From: a virus
Length of the DNA stretch: 64,000 bases
IMG/VR virus record: IMGVR_UViG_3300044609_000960
Coordinates: 32,001 to 96,000 of that record
Direction: 5' to 3' (one strand)
The position numbers and the translations under genes were made by a program. Positions 8,137 to 16,539 of the stretch are shown here, piece by piece; within the stretch, counting starts at the first letter, position 1, and each line of letters opens with the position of its first letter. The notes beneath the pieces are model-generated. The model had not been told where the DNA came from, ran no database searches, and saw only the letters and a program-made list of their open reading frames with translations.

Positions 8137-9117
8137 TCAGGCAACAGGATTGTTGAAGATGAAACCAGAACCACACTTGCCATTTTCACCCATGCCAACG
8201 AGCTCGAAGCTACGCTCAACAAGGATGTCGCCGGTGAATACTCTGCGCTCGATGTTGAAGCGCTCAGGAGTGGCGATAGGATAGCCACTGAGGGTATAGG
8301 TATAGGCGAAAGCAGGGTTGCCATAGTTGGCATCAAGAGCAGGCATGAAGCCATCGGTAGCTCCTGAAGGATGGTAGAAGAGAACAGCAACGTTGTTGTA
8401 GATATTCTCAAGAGTACCATCAGCAGCAAGCTTAAGACGACGTGCTACGCGGATCTCGTCAAGACCAAAGATCTGAGCGAGGGTCTTCTCATCAACGAGA
8501 ACACCGCGCTGCATGAAGTCACGAATACGCTTGTTACGCTTGAGGGCGTTAAAGGCGTCAGGTGAGATAACCATCTTGTTAGGATAGACACCGATCTGAG
8601 AGCGAACTTGCTCTTTGGCGTCGTCCATGAGGACCTCAACGTCAGCAGTTGGGCTATTGAACTGATCAGCACCACCATTATAGGTAGAAAGATCAAGAAC
8701 ATTACCAGTCTCATACTGGGTAGAATCGGTTACAATAGTAGCAACCTGAACTTCCCAAGACTGCATGAGGCGGTTGGCAGCGTCCTTAGCAGCAAACTGA
8801 CGAAGGTCAATTTGAGCAGCGCCGTTCTTGGCTTCAGCAGCGACTTCTTCGGCGATTTCCCAGCTGATCGCTTCCTGACGGAGAGCGAACGAACGGGTTC
8901 CGAATTCGTTCTGGATCTTCTGGATGTTAGTTCCAGGAGCGCGGAGGAACGACTGAGCCGCAAAAGCCTCCTTACCAAAAACGAGTGTGCGTCCAGCTCT
9001 GGTATTCATAGATACCGAGGGAGCGAAAAATGTAGCTACACCTTCAGCATTTTTGTAGCCTTGGGCGAGTTGCGTAAGAATTGGGTCAATTACGCGGACC
9101 TGATCTAGATTCATCAT
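8137..9117 (-). CDS. major capsid protein (HK97 fold; Mu/B3-like, capsid-E type)
   Basis: RVIDPILTQLAQGYKN...FGKEAF N-terminus; GVYPNKMVISPDAFNALK; strong codon bias; GGAG SD; strong terminator. Confidence 0.9.
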   Translation of the reverse strand: MMNLDQVRVIDPILTQLAQGYKNAEGVATFFAPSVSMNTRAGRTLVFGKEAFAAQSFLRAPGTNIQKIQNEFGTRSFALRQEAISWEIAEEVAAEAKNGAAQIDLRQFAAKDAANRLMQSWEVQVATIVTDSTQYETGNVLDLSTYNGGADQFNSPTADVEVLMDDAKEQVRSQIGVYPNKMVISPDAFNALKRNKRIRDFMQRGVLVDEKTLAQIFGLDEIRVARRLKLAADGTLENIYNNVAVLFYHPSGATDGFMPALDANYGNPAFAYTYTLSGYPIATPERFNIERRVFTGDILVERSFELVGMGENGKCGSGFIFNNPVA

Positions 9118-9144
9118 AGTTAATTACTCTCCTTTAAGTATCTA

Positions 9145-9636
9145 TCAAGCGCCAGCTTCGTTACCGAGCTTGACACGAATGTACTGACCTGCAGTAGCAT
9201 TCACAGATGTGTCAAGAGCACGACCAAGAACAACGCCAGCACCGGCGGTCTTAGAAGCGGTTCCAGTAGCAGTAGCATACACAGCGTCATCTACACCAAA
9301 AGCGGCAGAAGCGGCATCGACTTCAACAATTACGATACCGGAGGTAACGATTGAAAGAAGGCCTTGGTAAGGGAATACGCTAGTTTTGAAAGGGGTTGTG
9401 GAAGGATTGAGTTGACCTTCGTAAACGAGGGTGGATCCGTCATCAACCTGATAGCCCTTAGCGGTGAGTTCACCTTGGCCAGGGGCAGCATAAACGCTAA
9501 CACCAGCAGCATAAGCGCCGGCAGCGGGATAAGCACCATTACGCTTTACGAATCTGTGAGCTTCAACAGCGGCTGTTGTCTGCACAGTTTCAACGTACTG
9601 GTGGTCAAAAGACATATAACGTGGGTCAGTTGCCAT
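9145..9636 (-). CDS. capsid decoration/cement protein (DUF2190-like)
   Basis: Ala/Gly-rich; VEAHRFV...GIVIVE...GRALD...GQYIRVKL; lies between scaffold and capsid genes. Confidence 0.75.
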   Translation of the reverse strand: MATDPRYMSFDHQYVETVQTTAAVEAHRFVKRNGAYPAAGAYAAGVSVYAAPGQGELTAKGYQVDDGSTLVYEGQLNPSTTPFKTSVFPYQGLLSIVTSGIVIVEVDAASAAFGVDDAVYATATGTASKTAGAGVVLGRALDTSVNATAGQYIRVKLGNEAGA

Positions 9637-9649
9637 TTTAGTTTACTCC

Positions 9650-11044
9650 TTATGAGTTATCTGAGATAATTGCCTTCAGAGCTACGGTGTATTCAACGCC
9701 TTTACTCTCGGCATACTCCAACGCTTGCACGTGGAGATCAGCGGTTGAGGGGTCGTAGATATAACCATCAGCTGAAGGTGTGATTGACTTCTTAGCTGCT
9801 GGAGCAGAAGCCTGGGTTGCGAATTCTTCAAAACTTACCATTGAGGGTAGATTCTCAAGAACATTTTTAAAGAAATCAAATTGTGAAGTCTTACCTGACT
9901 CCGAGAAGTTCACGGAATTCTTATTATTAAGAGTTTCCATGAAACGTACTAGATCAGTTTTAGGAACGATTTGCTGAGTAAGCTTGCCATCCCCATAGAG
10001 AGTTTCGCAGAAATCAGAGATTTCCTTCTCTCTCATCAACTTCTTCTGTCTGGCAAGTTCTTCTTCCAATTCGGCTACCCGAGCTTGTAGATTGCTCTGA
10101 ACTCCCATAGCTTTTTCGCTATGATCCAGAGTTCCTGTAGCCTCTTCTGGTGAGGTCTCTTCTGCCATATCGCTCATTTTCTTTTTCTCTTCTTCATCCT
10201 CGTCCTCTTCATAGCTCTTGCATCCTTCACCATTATCAGAAACTTCAGTTTCTTCCTCTGCTTCCTCTTCGGCGTAAGTTTGCTCTCCCTTAGGTTCTTC
10301 AGCACCCTTTACTTCTTTGGAAGTGGGATGCTCAGCTTCAGATGGCTTTTCACCTTCCTTAACCGTTTCACCCATATCCTCGGTTTCTTTCTCTTCATCT
10401 TCATCTCCCCCTTCATTTCCTTCCTTTTTAGCTTCAATAGCCTTTTTAAGTCCTTCGGGCATTTCGCCATAAGACATTCCATCACCTTCCATCATGGAAG
10501 CAGCATCAGTTTTAAGAGCTAGAGCCTTGATTAGCTCATCAATTTCGTATTCTGAGGCGAGTTGAGCGATCTTTTGATCATCTCCTTCCATATCTCCCGA
10601 CACGTCGTCGGTTTCCATTTCAGGACCCTCATCTCCACCTTCTTCAGCAGGCTCAGCCGGTGTATCAGCACCAGCCGGAGGCATATCTCCACCTTGGGTA
10701 TCGGTATCTGAATCCATGGCATCTGGAGTTCCGTCGCCATCATCATCAGAATCCATGGCATCTGGAGTTCCGTCCCCGTCAGCATCGGTGCTATCAGCAT
10801 CGTCAGTAGGGGGCTCATCAGCCATACTCATCATGGGATCTTCGGTGGGCATCTCTGCATCCATGCCATAGTCCATGTCATATTCAGCAGGCGCGCCGGT
10901 TTCAGAGATCTTATTTCCGTTATCATCGTATACATTAGCGCCAGATGTACCTCCGCCACCAATGTTAATATTAACAGTCATTCCCCCTTCGGAGTGTTCG
11001 ATCACCGAAGTAGGAGTTTCTGTTTTGGTTCTTTTCCTGGCCAT
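9650..11044 (-). CDS. nested in-frame scaffold protein (464 aa; MARKRTKTE...)
   Basis: In-frame ATG at codon 179, right after the protease domain and 23 nt downstream of an internal GTTTAAAG. Confidence 0.6.
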   Translation of the reverse strand: MARKRTKTETPTSVIEHSEGGMTVNINIGGGGTSGANVYDDNGNKISETGAPAEYDMDYGMDAEMPTEDPMMSMADEPPTDDADSTDADGDGTPDAMDSDDDGDGTPDAMDSDTDTQGGDMPPAGADTPAEPAEEGGDEGPEMETDDVSGDMEGDDQKIAQLASEYEIDELIKALALKTDAASMMEGDGMSYGEMPEGLKKAIEAKKEGNEGGDEDEEKETEDMGETVKEGEKPSEAEHPTSKEVKGAEEPKGEQTYAEEEAEEETEVSDNGEGCKSYEEDEDEEEKKKMSDMAEETSPEEATGTLDHSEKAMGVQSNLQARVAELEEELARQKKLMREKEISDFCETLYGDGKLTQQIVPKTDLVRFMETLNNKNSVNFSESGKTSQFDFFKNVLENLPSMVSFEEFATQASAPAAKKSITPSADGYIYDPSTADLHVQALEYAESKGVEYTVALKAIISDNS

Positions 11045-11578
11045 AGTTTGATTTTTTCCTAAGTTTTCTTTAAACGAAATAGAAGACTCCCCTTCGGAGG
11101 GGGTGAATGTGATAGTTTCCGAATCGGAAATTTCGGAAAAAGCGGTTAGCCCTTTAACCGCTGGGATTGAAACCAATCCAAGATGCCTAAGGGCTAAGTT
11201 CCCAGGTGTGGGATTTGTTTCCGCTTCTGGTAAGTAAAATGAACTACTTACTTTTTTAAAAACTCCATCTCGTATTAGCTTTTCGGCCTTGGGGGTAAGT
11301 TCGACCTTACCCCAAAGCTCTTTGCCTTTTCTCCAGACTTTACGTACCCAACCAAGAGCGGGAGTTCCGTCATCTTGGTCATGGCCAATAATCAACGGAG
11401 CTTCATGCTGTTCTGGATTGTATGTATTTACAACCTGCTCGAGATCATCCTCAGTAAAGACCATTTTCTGGCCAGTTGAGGAGATCTGAGGACCAGCCCT
11501 AAACATCTCAATAAATACAACCTTTCGGGGTTGTTGAGATGAAAGAGGCTCTTTAGAGTTAAGTACGTGTTCTTTCAT
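9650..11578 (-). CDS. Mu gpI-like prohead protease fused to an acidic scaffold
   Basis: IEMFRAG, APLIIGH, PALGWV, FKKVSSSFY, LRHLGLVSIPAVKGL motifs; long acidic and coiled-coil C-terminal part. Confidence 0.85.
   Translation of the reverse strand: MKEHVLNSKEPLSSQQPRKVVFIEMFRAGPQISSTGQKMVFTEDDLEQVVNTYNPEQHEAPLIIGHDQDDGTPALGWVRKVWRKGKELWGKVELTPKAEKLIRDGVFKKVSSSFYLPEAETNPTPGNLALRHLGLVSIPAVKGLTAFSEISDSETITFTPSEGESSISFKENLGKNQTMARKRTKTETPTSVIEHSEGGMTVNINIGGGGTSGANVYDDNGNKISETGAPAEYDMDYGMDAEMPTEDPMMSMADEPPTDDADSTDADGDGTPDAMDSDDDGDGTPDAMDSDTDTQGGDMPPAGADTPAEPAEEGGDEGPEMETDDVSGDMEGDDQKIAQLASEYEIDELIKALALKTDAASMMEGDGMSYGEMPEGLKKAIEAKKEGNEGGDEDEEKETEDMGETVKEGEKPSEAEHPTSKEVKGAEEPKGEQTYAEEEAEEETEVSDNGEGCKSYEEDEDEEEKKKMSDMAEETSPEEATGTLDHSEKAMGVQSNLQARVAELEEELARQKKLMREKEISDFCETLYGDGKLTQQIVPKTDLVRFMETLNNKNSVNFSESGKTSQFDFFKNVLENLPSMVSFEEFATQASAPAAKKSITPSADGYIYDPSTADLHVQALEYAESKGVEYTVALKAIISDNS
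10710..10774. repeat. 26-bp direct repeat with 39-bp period encoding DxDGDGTPDAMDS units
   Basis: GAATCCATGGCATCTGGAGTTCCGTC at 10710 and 10749. Confidence 0.85.
11068..11075 (-). promoter_or_regulatory. internal late promoter GTTTAAAG for scaffold-decoration-capsid
   Basis: Exact motif at canonical spacing to in-frame ATG 11044. Confidence 0.6.
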
Positions 11579-11581
11579 TTA

Positions 11582-14500
11582 TCAGAATACTGATGCAGTA
11601 TTGAGAAGATAATTAAATCTTTCTTCATTTCTGGAGAATGAGTCGCTCAGTTGAGCCACTTGTCCCGCGGGGGTTCTTACGATAGTAACGAGTAGACGTT
11701 CTAGAGTTGGGCTTGTGGCCACATAGACATCGAGTCGTACAGATCCTCTTTCAAGGTCTTCGTTAGTATTATTAGCTGAAGAACAAACCACAAGATAGGC
11801 CTGTTCTGGTCTCGAGCCAAATAACGCGCCTTGACGGAAGAATTGTCCACATACCTGTGAGGCAATAGACTTAACTCTCGCGTATACTGTGCCCGCTGAA
11901 TCAATCTGCTCAAATAGGATGTCGTCAAAACTACGTCCTAGGACATCAATGAGAACATTGAGAATAGCACGAGTATTAACAAATTTAAACAGAGGATTGG
12001 GGGAAAGAGTTCTAGCTCCCCAAGTTACGATACCGCGGTTAGGAAGTGAACGAATTGGGTTCAGACCTAAGGCATAAGTAACTTCTTGTTGCTGAGCAGA
12101 AATTTCAAATTTCAGTCCAGCTGCACCACGTAGTGGATAACGAGCGCCGGCGGGAGGTTGCTGGAAACCTTCATTGACATATCTCGAACAGGCAATACCT
12201 GCTACATAACTTGAAGGAGCAATATAGCGATCATCAAGATTCTTCACATATGGGGCATAGAACGCGCCATGGCCATATGGAGCACCAGCGATACCCTTGA
12301 GATAATCAAGTTCATCTTGGACATTGGTGAGAGAAATCTCATCAGCTCCGCAGTCGATCAGAGCGAGATGTTGTGTTCCAACGATTCCTTCAGTAGAACC
12401 GAGTTTACCCTCTGCAGCCTTAAGAAGGGCTTGAGTAACTTTAACCCGCTCTTGACGAGCTTCGGTTTTGCTTGCAAGATCACCACCAGCCTCATATGTG
12501 AGAACTGTATAAGCCTCAGGAGCCAAGAGGAAACCAGGAGCTAATACTCTAGAATCCATACCCTGTTCGATGGCATAGACAAAATCATTTGCCTTTGCAT
12601 TTAGAGTGTACTTATATGACTCATAACCGGGGTTCTGATCAACTGAAACTAATTTGATAACATTAGAGTCGGGAAGACCAGCTCTTGTTGTTCCAGGATT
12701 AATCGGAGAACTTACGCCATTACGAGAAGTTACCTTAACCTTGAGTACATATTCATGCGAATAGAAACCATTAGGAACTGATTTATCAAGCGCGTAAGAA
12801 GCACCTGCTGTAATAGTTACATTTGCGGGTGTTACAGTGGCTGTGTCATTATCTGTTACGCCAGTAACAGTGAATCTAATTCCATTAGCAGTGAAGATAT
12901 CACCTTCAGCGAGTTCAGTTGTAAATGAGGTTAAGGTTCCTGTTACGGTACCACCACTAATTGCAATTGAACCAGTGAGTGCAATTTCATCAAGTTCTGG
13001 ACGAAGATACGGAGCACCTGCATCGGCTGTAAGAAGAGCAACTTGGTGACCATTGTTAGGAACGTAGGTGTCCCCAGAAACATTAGTTCCAGTAGCAACT
13101 GCTTCAACTTCATAATATCCATCAAGTTCTTTCTCGGTTAGGATTGCTTGAAGTTGGTCTCTAAGAGCATTAGCTAGATCATCTGGCTTAGCTCCATTAA
13201 CAATGATTACGCGATCTTCACCAGCTACATTGACATAAAATGCCTGAACTGAGTCGGGAAGATATCCATTGCGAGTGGTTATGCCACCAAGAGTTGTAAC
13301 TTCGCCACTTGGAACTGCATCTTGTCCACCACTTTGAATCTTGGCAAAAGTCGTAGTGCCGAGGTCGTAGGACCAGTAAGCAGCACTTGCATCAGCCCAA
13401 GATGTAGGAACTGTGTTTCCGGTGGAAAGATCCTTAGAAACAGCAACGATCTTATTATCAGGGATAGAAGCAGCATCTGCGTACACGTTCTGATCGATTA
13501 AGAAAGCCTTAACGATAGCAGACTGATCAGTCGCGGGGTCATAAGCGAGTTTTCTAACCGTTACAGCAGTTCCAGGAGCACCTGTAATCTGTACAAATGT
13601 GCCTCCAGAAGATGTTGCGAGTTGAATCGCATTTCCAGACTTATTAACTACGTAATATACTGAATTAAGTGTAAGATTTAATGTTCCTGCATTTGTTGTT
13701 TCAAGAACAACCTTATCACCATTGGCAAGTCCAGTTGAACTGTCTAATGTTACAGTGTCATTAACCGAGTCAAAAGCCGTAGTTCCGGCATTATATTCTG
13801 TAGAACTTTCAAGAAGGAAAGAACTAAGTTGACTTCCAGATACAAAGAGTACACCCTCCCCTGTAGCTTGGTCTCTAGATACACAACGGAAGTTAATCTC
13901 TTTTACCGAAGTATAAAATTTAACAACAGACTGCGTATTAAGATTTAAAGGAGAAGCGTAAGTAGTATCGCTAAATTGATAAGCTACAAACTTATCAATC
14001 TGAGGAAGACTTCTGGTATCTTTAGAAAGAATTCTAAATTTACCCTGAGTTGCCTCGGTGGCATTCTGCTCAATGCGATAATAATCAGCGAAACCATCAC
14101 CGTTCCCAGCGAGGAAAAGGTATAGATCACGAGCGTTATCTACTGCATCAAGAGCAGTTGTTGTGATTACACGAATTTCATCACCCTCATTATCGTTAAC
14201 TCCGATCGGGGTTCCGAAATACCTACCATTAATCTTAATTGCAAAAGCGTTATATCCAGCGCCAGCACCTGAAGCGGCGATGTCTACAACGGTTTCAGGA
14301 GTTGGAGTTACTCTAGTAAAATAGAGGATACCATTAACACCTACATTATCAAAGAAAGCTCTAACAGCATCGTATGATGCAAGAGCACCTTTGTTCCCTA
14401 CAGGAACACTTCCACCAACCTTCTCAAGATAATCGGCAACTGAACCGATTTGAGTAGGGGCGTAGGGCTCAAGAGCAGAATAGGCATTAATAGCGTCTTC

Positions 14501-14650
14501 TCCATAATAATCTTCGGTGGGTGTAGTACCAAAGATATATCCCACTGCATGAGTTGCAATGGGCTGCGGAAGAGAGCCAGTTGTTGCCTGAGCAACAAAG
14601 ACCCCCGGCCTATTCAATGTCGCGGCATTGATTCTGATTGGATTGGCCAT
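11582..14650 (-). CDS. tail sheath protein, enlarged (1022 aa)
   Basis: RPGVFV N-terminus; AVRAFFDN; C-terminal APSSYVAG...PPAG...LNPIR...TWGARTLS...FVNTR...FEQID sheath motifs. Confidence 0.9.
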   Translation of the reverse strand: MANPIRINAATLNRPGVFVAQATTGSLPQPIATHAVGYIFGTTPTEDYYGEDAINAYSALEPYAPTQIGSVADYLEKVGGSVPVGNKGALASYDAVRAFFDNVGVNGILYFTRVTPTPETVVDIAASGAGAGYNAFAIKINGRYFGTPIGVNDNEGDEIRVITTTALDAVDNARDLYLFLAGNGDGFADYYRIEQNATEATQGKFRILSKDTRSLPQIDKFVAYQFSDTTYASPLNLNTQSVVKFYTSVKEINFRCVSRDQATGEGVLFVSGSQLSSFLLESSTEYNAGTTAFDSVNDTVTLDSSTGLANGDKVVLETTNAGTLNLTLNSVYYVVNKSGNAIQLATSSGGTFVQITGAPGTAVTVRKLAYDPATDQSAIVKAFLIDQNVYADAASIPDNKIVAVSKDLSTGNTVPTSWADASAAYWSYDLGTTTFAKIQSGGQDAVPSGEVTTLGGITTRNGYLPDSVQAFYVNVAGEDRVIIVNGAKPDDLANALRDQLQAILTEKELDGYYEVEAVATGTNVSGDTYVPNNGHQVALLTADAGAPYLRPELDEIALTGSIAISGGTVTGTLTSFTTELAEGDIFTANGIRFTVTGVTDNDTATVTPANVTITAGASYALDKSVPNGFYSHEYVLKVKVTSRNGVSSPINPGTTRAGLPDSNVIKLVSVDQNPGYESYKYTLNAKANDFVYAIEQGMDSRVLAPGFLLAPEAYTVLTYEAGGDLASKTEARQERVKVTQALLKAAEGKLGSTEGIVGTQHLALIDCGADEISLTNVQDELDYLKGIAGAPYGHGAFYAPYVKNLDDRYIAPSSYVAGIACSRYVNEGFQQPPAGARYPLRGAAGLKFEISAQQQEVTYALGLNPIRSLPNRGIVTWGARTLSPNPLFKFVNTRAILNVLIDVLGRSFDDILFEQIDSAGTVYARVKSIASQVCGQFFRQGALFGSRPEQAYLVVCSSANNTNEDLERGSVRLDVYVATSPTLERLLVTIVRTPAGQVAQLSDSFSRNEERFNYLLNTASVF

Positions 14651-14684
14651 AGAGATTTGAAGACACTATATCTTTCACTATTAT

Positions 14685-14692
14685 CCTTAAAC
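14685..14692 (-). promoter_or_regulatory. putative late promoter variant GTTTAAGG (sheath)
   Basis: One-mismatch motif 34 nt upstream of ATG 14650. Confidence 0.5.
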
Positions 14693-14713
14693 AAACAGCG
14701 AATTATAACTTGT

Positions 14714-14956
14714 TTATACGATAATATCTTTCTTGTATAGGAGAAAAAGCTCATTCATCAACCAGTCTGGACATGAGCTATGGCCACATCTCTTATACTC
14801 GAGAAGTTTCATTGATTTACGTAAAATTTTATTAAAATCATTTGTGTCTACGTATCTTGCGCATACTTTTACAAAAGACTTTAATTCAGTTTGATCCTGC
14901 TCGATACAGATAGAGCATAAAATGATAATTAATTTTAGCTTATCTGAATCAGTCAT
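14714..14956 (-). CDS. hypothetical protein
   Basis: 80 aa; overlaps upstream gene end. Confidence 0.55.
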   Translation of the reverse strand: MTDSDKLKLIIILCSICIEQDQTELKSFVKVCARYVDTNDFNKILRKSMKLLEYKRCGHSSCPDWLMNELFLLYKKDIIV

Positions 14957-15407
14957 TTTTAATAGAATCCATTGCGTCCTTATGGATCTGTGTCATGGCA
15001 ATAAATTTTGTCATTGGAACTTTCTCCATTTCTAGCACATTAACAAATGATCCATTTTGTATACCATAACAGGCTTTTAACCAGGAATATTTAGGGATAT
15101 AGTTGCATAAGATGTGCTCCTTTACGCAATTAAATATCCCGATGATTATTCTCTGAGTAAAAAGTCCAAAATTTATCCTATCTATGCTCAATAGAGTGAG
15201 GATATTTTGAATATCATCAAATGATACTCTTTTTTGTTCTTCATTTATTTCCTGCCCTTCATTATCTAGAATGAGATCTAAATATTCCAGATCTTGCCCA
15301 GTTATATCTCTAAAAAGTATTTTCCTTCCTTTGGAATCTTTTACTGTAATTGTGTAATCATGATTACGAACTACTTCAAATTCATGACGTTTCTTCATCT
15401 CCTCCAA
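14949..15407 (-). CDS. putative tail assembly chaperone-like protein (true start possibly ATG at MKKRHEF)
   Basis: TITVKDSKGRKILFRDITGQDLE parallels the upstream gene; context next to sheath. Confidence 0.45.
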   Translation of the reverse strand: MEEMKKRHEFEVVRNHDYTITVKDSKGRKILFRDITGQDLEYLDLILDNEGQEINEEQKRVSFDDIQNILTLLSIDRINFGLFTQRIIIGIFNCVKEHILCNYIPKYSWLKACYGIQNGSFVNVLEMEKVPMTKFIAMTQIHKDAMDSIKND

Positions 15408-15738
15408 GTCCTAGGAGTTGATTAATGGCCGCTCCAAGCATTTTAAGTTGTCTTGCACGAAGTCTTTTTGCGTCTTTCAATGTAAGTCTTTTTTGACCAG
15501 GAGATGGTGAATGAAGAATACAGATAGTTTGCAACGTAGCTTCTACCTCAGAGATTTTTTTATCTTCAGAGATACGTGAGATCTCAATAAGATCATCAGC
15601 AGAGGGTTCTTTTAAACAAAGAAACTTACCGGAGGCAATTTCTACCGGAATTACTTCAGGTTCGCCAAAGTCAAATGCGTCGTCTTCAAATCCCACCTCT
15701 TCATCATGAGAGACTCTTGACATTTTGCTTATTGCCAT
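15382..15738 (-). CDS. tail assembly chaperone (Mu gp41/P2 gpE-like)
   Basis: LCLKEPSADDL...ATLQTICIL...LTLKDAKRLRARQLKMLGAAINQLL fits the TAC pattern. Confidence 0.55.
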   Translation of the reverse strand: MAISKMSRVSHDEEVGFEDDAFDFGEPEVIPVEIASGKFLCLKEPSADDLIEISRISEDKKISEVEATLQTICILHSPSPGQKRLTLKDAKRLRARQLKMLGAAINQLLGLGGDEETS

Positions 15739-15760
15739 AGTGTTTATATAATGTCCAATT

Positions 15761-15782
15761 CTTTAAACCCCTTTGTTTAAAT
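15761..15782. promoter_or_regulatory. divergent pair of late promoters (GTTTAAAG minus 15761-15768; GTTTAAAT plus 15775-15782)
   Basis: 22 and 23 nt from ATGs at 15738 (-) and 15806 (+). Confidence 0.65.
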
Positions 15783-15805
15783 TTAAAATAGAGAGAAAAA
15801 TCGGT

Positions 15806-16204
15806 ATGGCGGTAAATAATAATCCATATGAGTCTTGGCAACGACTCCGTCAAAATTCCGATTATAGATCTACAGATACTCAGATAAATTCTTTAGTTCG
15901 TCAACAACTCTCCCAAGAAGAGTATTTAAGATCCTCTAATAGAGTTAATTCTGGTCCTAGGCAGATTACACGGGCCAATATGGCAAAAAACACTCCCCAA
16001 TCTCCGCATGTCTTAGCTCCAGAGGATATGTGGGGATGGCAAAATTGGGCTAATAAACCCTCCTCTGCAGAATCACCTTTGGCAACTGGATTAAGAGAAG
16101 AAAATACTACTACTACTGATATTCCCGGCGCCTCCTATCCTCCTGGTTATAATGTCGGTGGAATGACTGGTGGATGCAACTCATGTCGCAGGAGAAGATA
16201 CTAA
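15806..16204 (+). CDS. hypothetical late protein ending GGCNSCRRRRY
   Basis: Start moved to ATG 15806 by promoter spacing. Confidence 0.6.
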   Translation: MAVNNNPYESWQRLRQNSDYRSTDTQINSLVRQQLSQEEYLRSSNRVNSGPRQITRANMAKNTPQSPHVLAPEDMWGWQNWANKPSSAESPLATGLREENTTTTDIPGASYPPGYNVGGMTGGCNSCRRRRY

Positions 16205-16512
16205 TGACATATAGACGTAAAGTAAAAAATCAAAAAGCAGAAGAACCTGAGAATAATATTGAGTTGTTTTCTGAAGAAAGAACTCTTCCAACAATTGAAG
16301 AAGTAGAAGAAAATATTAAAAAGGTGATTGAAATAGATAAAATGATTGAAAAAACTTTAGAAAAACTTGACGCGCTTCCAAACGTCTCCCAACCACCTGC
16401 CCCTACTGGTAAAGTTTTTATAGGCGAGGAGGATAAGAGGTTATTCAAACGTTTCAATCAACATATTATTAAGAAACTCGGGATTACCGGAAATAGATCC
16501 TTCAAACTCTGA
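16204..16512 (+). CDS. hypothetical protein
   Basis: Start at ATG 16204 (TAATG overlap). Confidence 0.55.
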   Translation: MTYRRKVKNQKAEEPENNIELFSEERTLPTIEEVEENIKKVIEIDKMIEKTLEKLDALPNVSQPPAPTGKVFIGEEDKRLFKRFNQHIIKKLGITGNRSFKL

Positions 16513-16528
16513 TATAATTGTATCAGAG
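16507..16528 (+). promoter_or_regulatory. extended -10 (TGATATAAT) inside a 22-bp near-palindrome upstream of dCMP deaminase
   Basis: CTCTGATA-taattg-TATCAGAG. Confidence 0.45.
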
Positions 16529-16539
16529 ATAACAATTTT

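Noticed and set aside
5242-9117. Encapsulin with ferritin-like cargo
   Set aside because: The shell gene sits with portal, protease, neck and tail genes, so it is a true phage capsid; no cargo-loading peptide was recognised on Dps.
8049-9669. Overlapping alternative-frame and antisense ORFs over capsid/decoration genes (e.g. 8608..9108 +, 8049..8429 -)
   Set aside because: Shadow ORFs caused by strong codon bias; no RBS or recognisable motifs. The same applies to most short antisense ORFs inside the large fibre genes (e.g. 53126..53701).
15382-15410. Programmed -1 frameshift between the chaperone genes
   Set aside because: No canonical slippery heptamer before the stop; the second ORF has its own ATG with GGAGG nearby.
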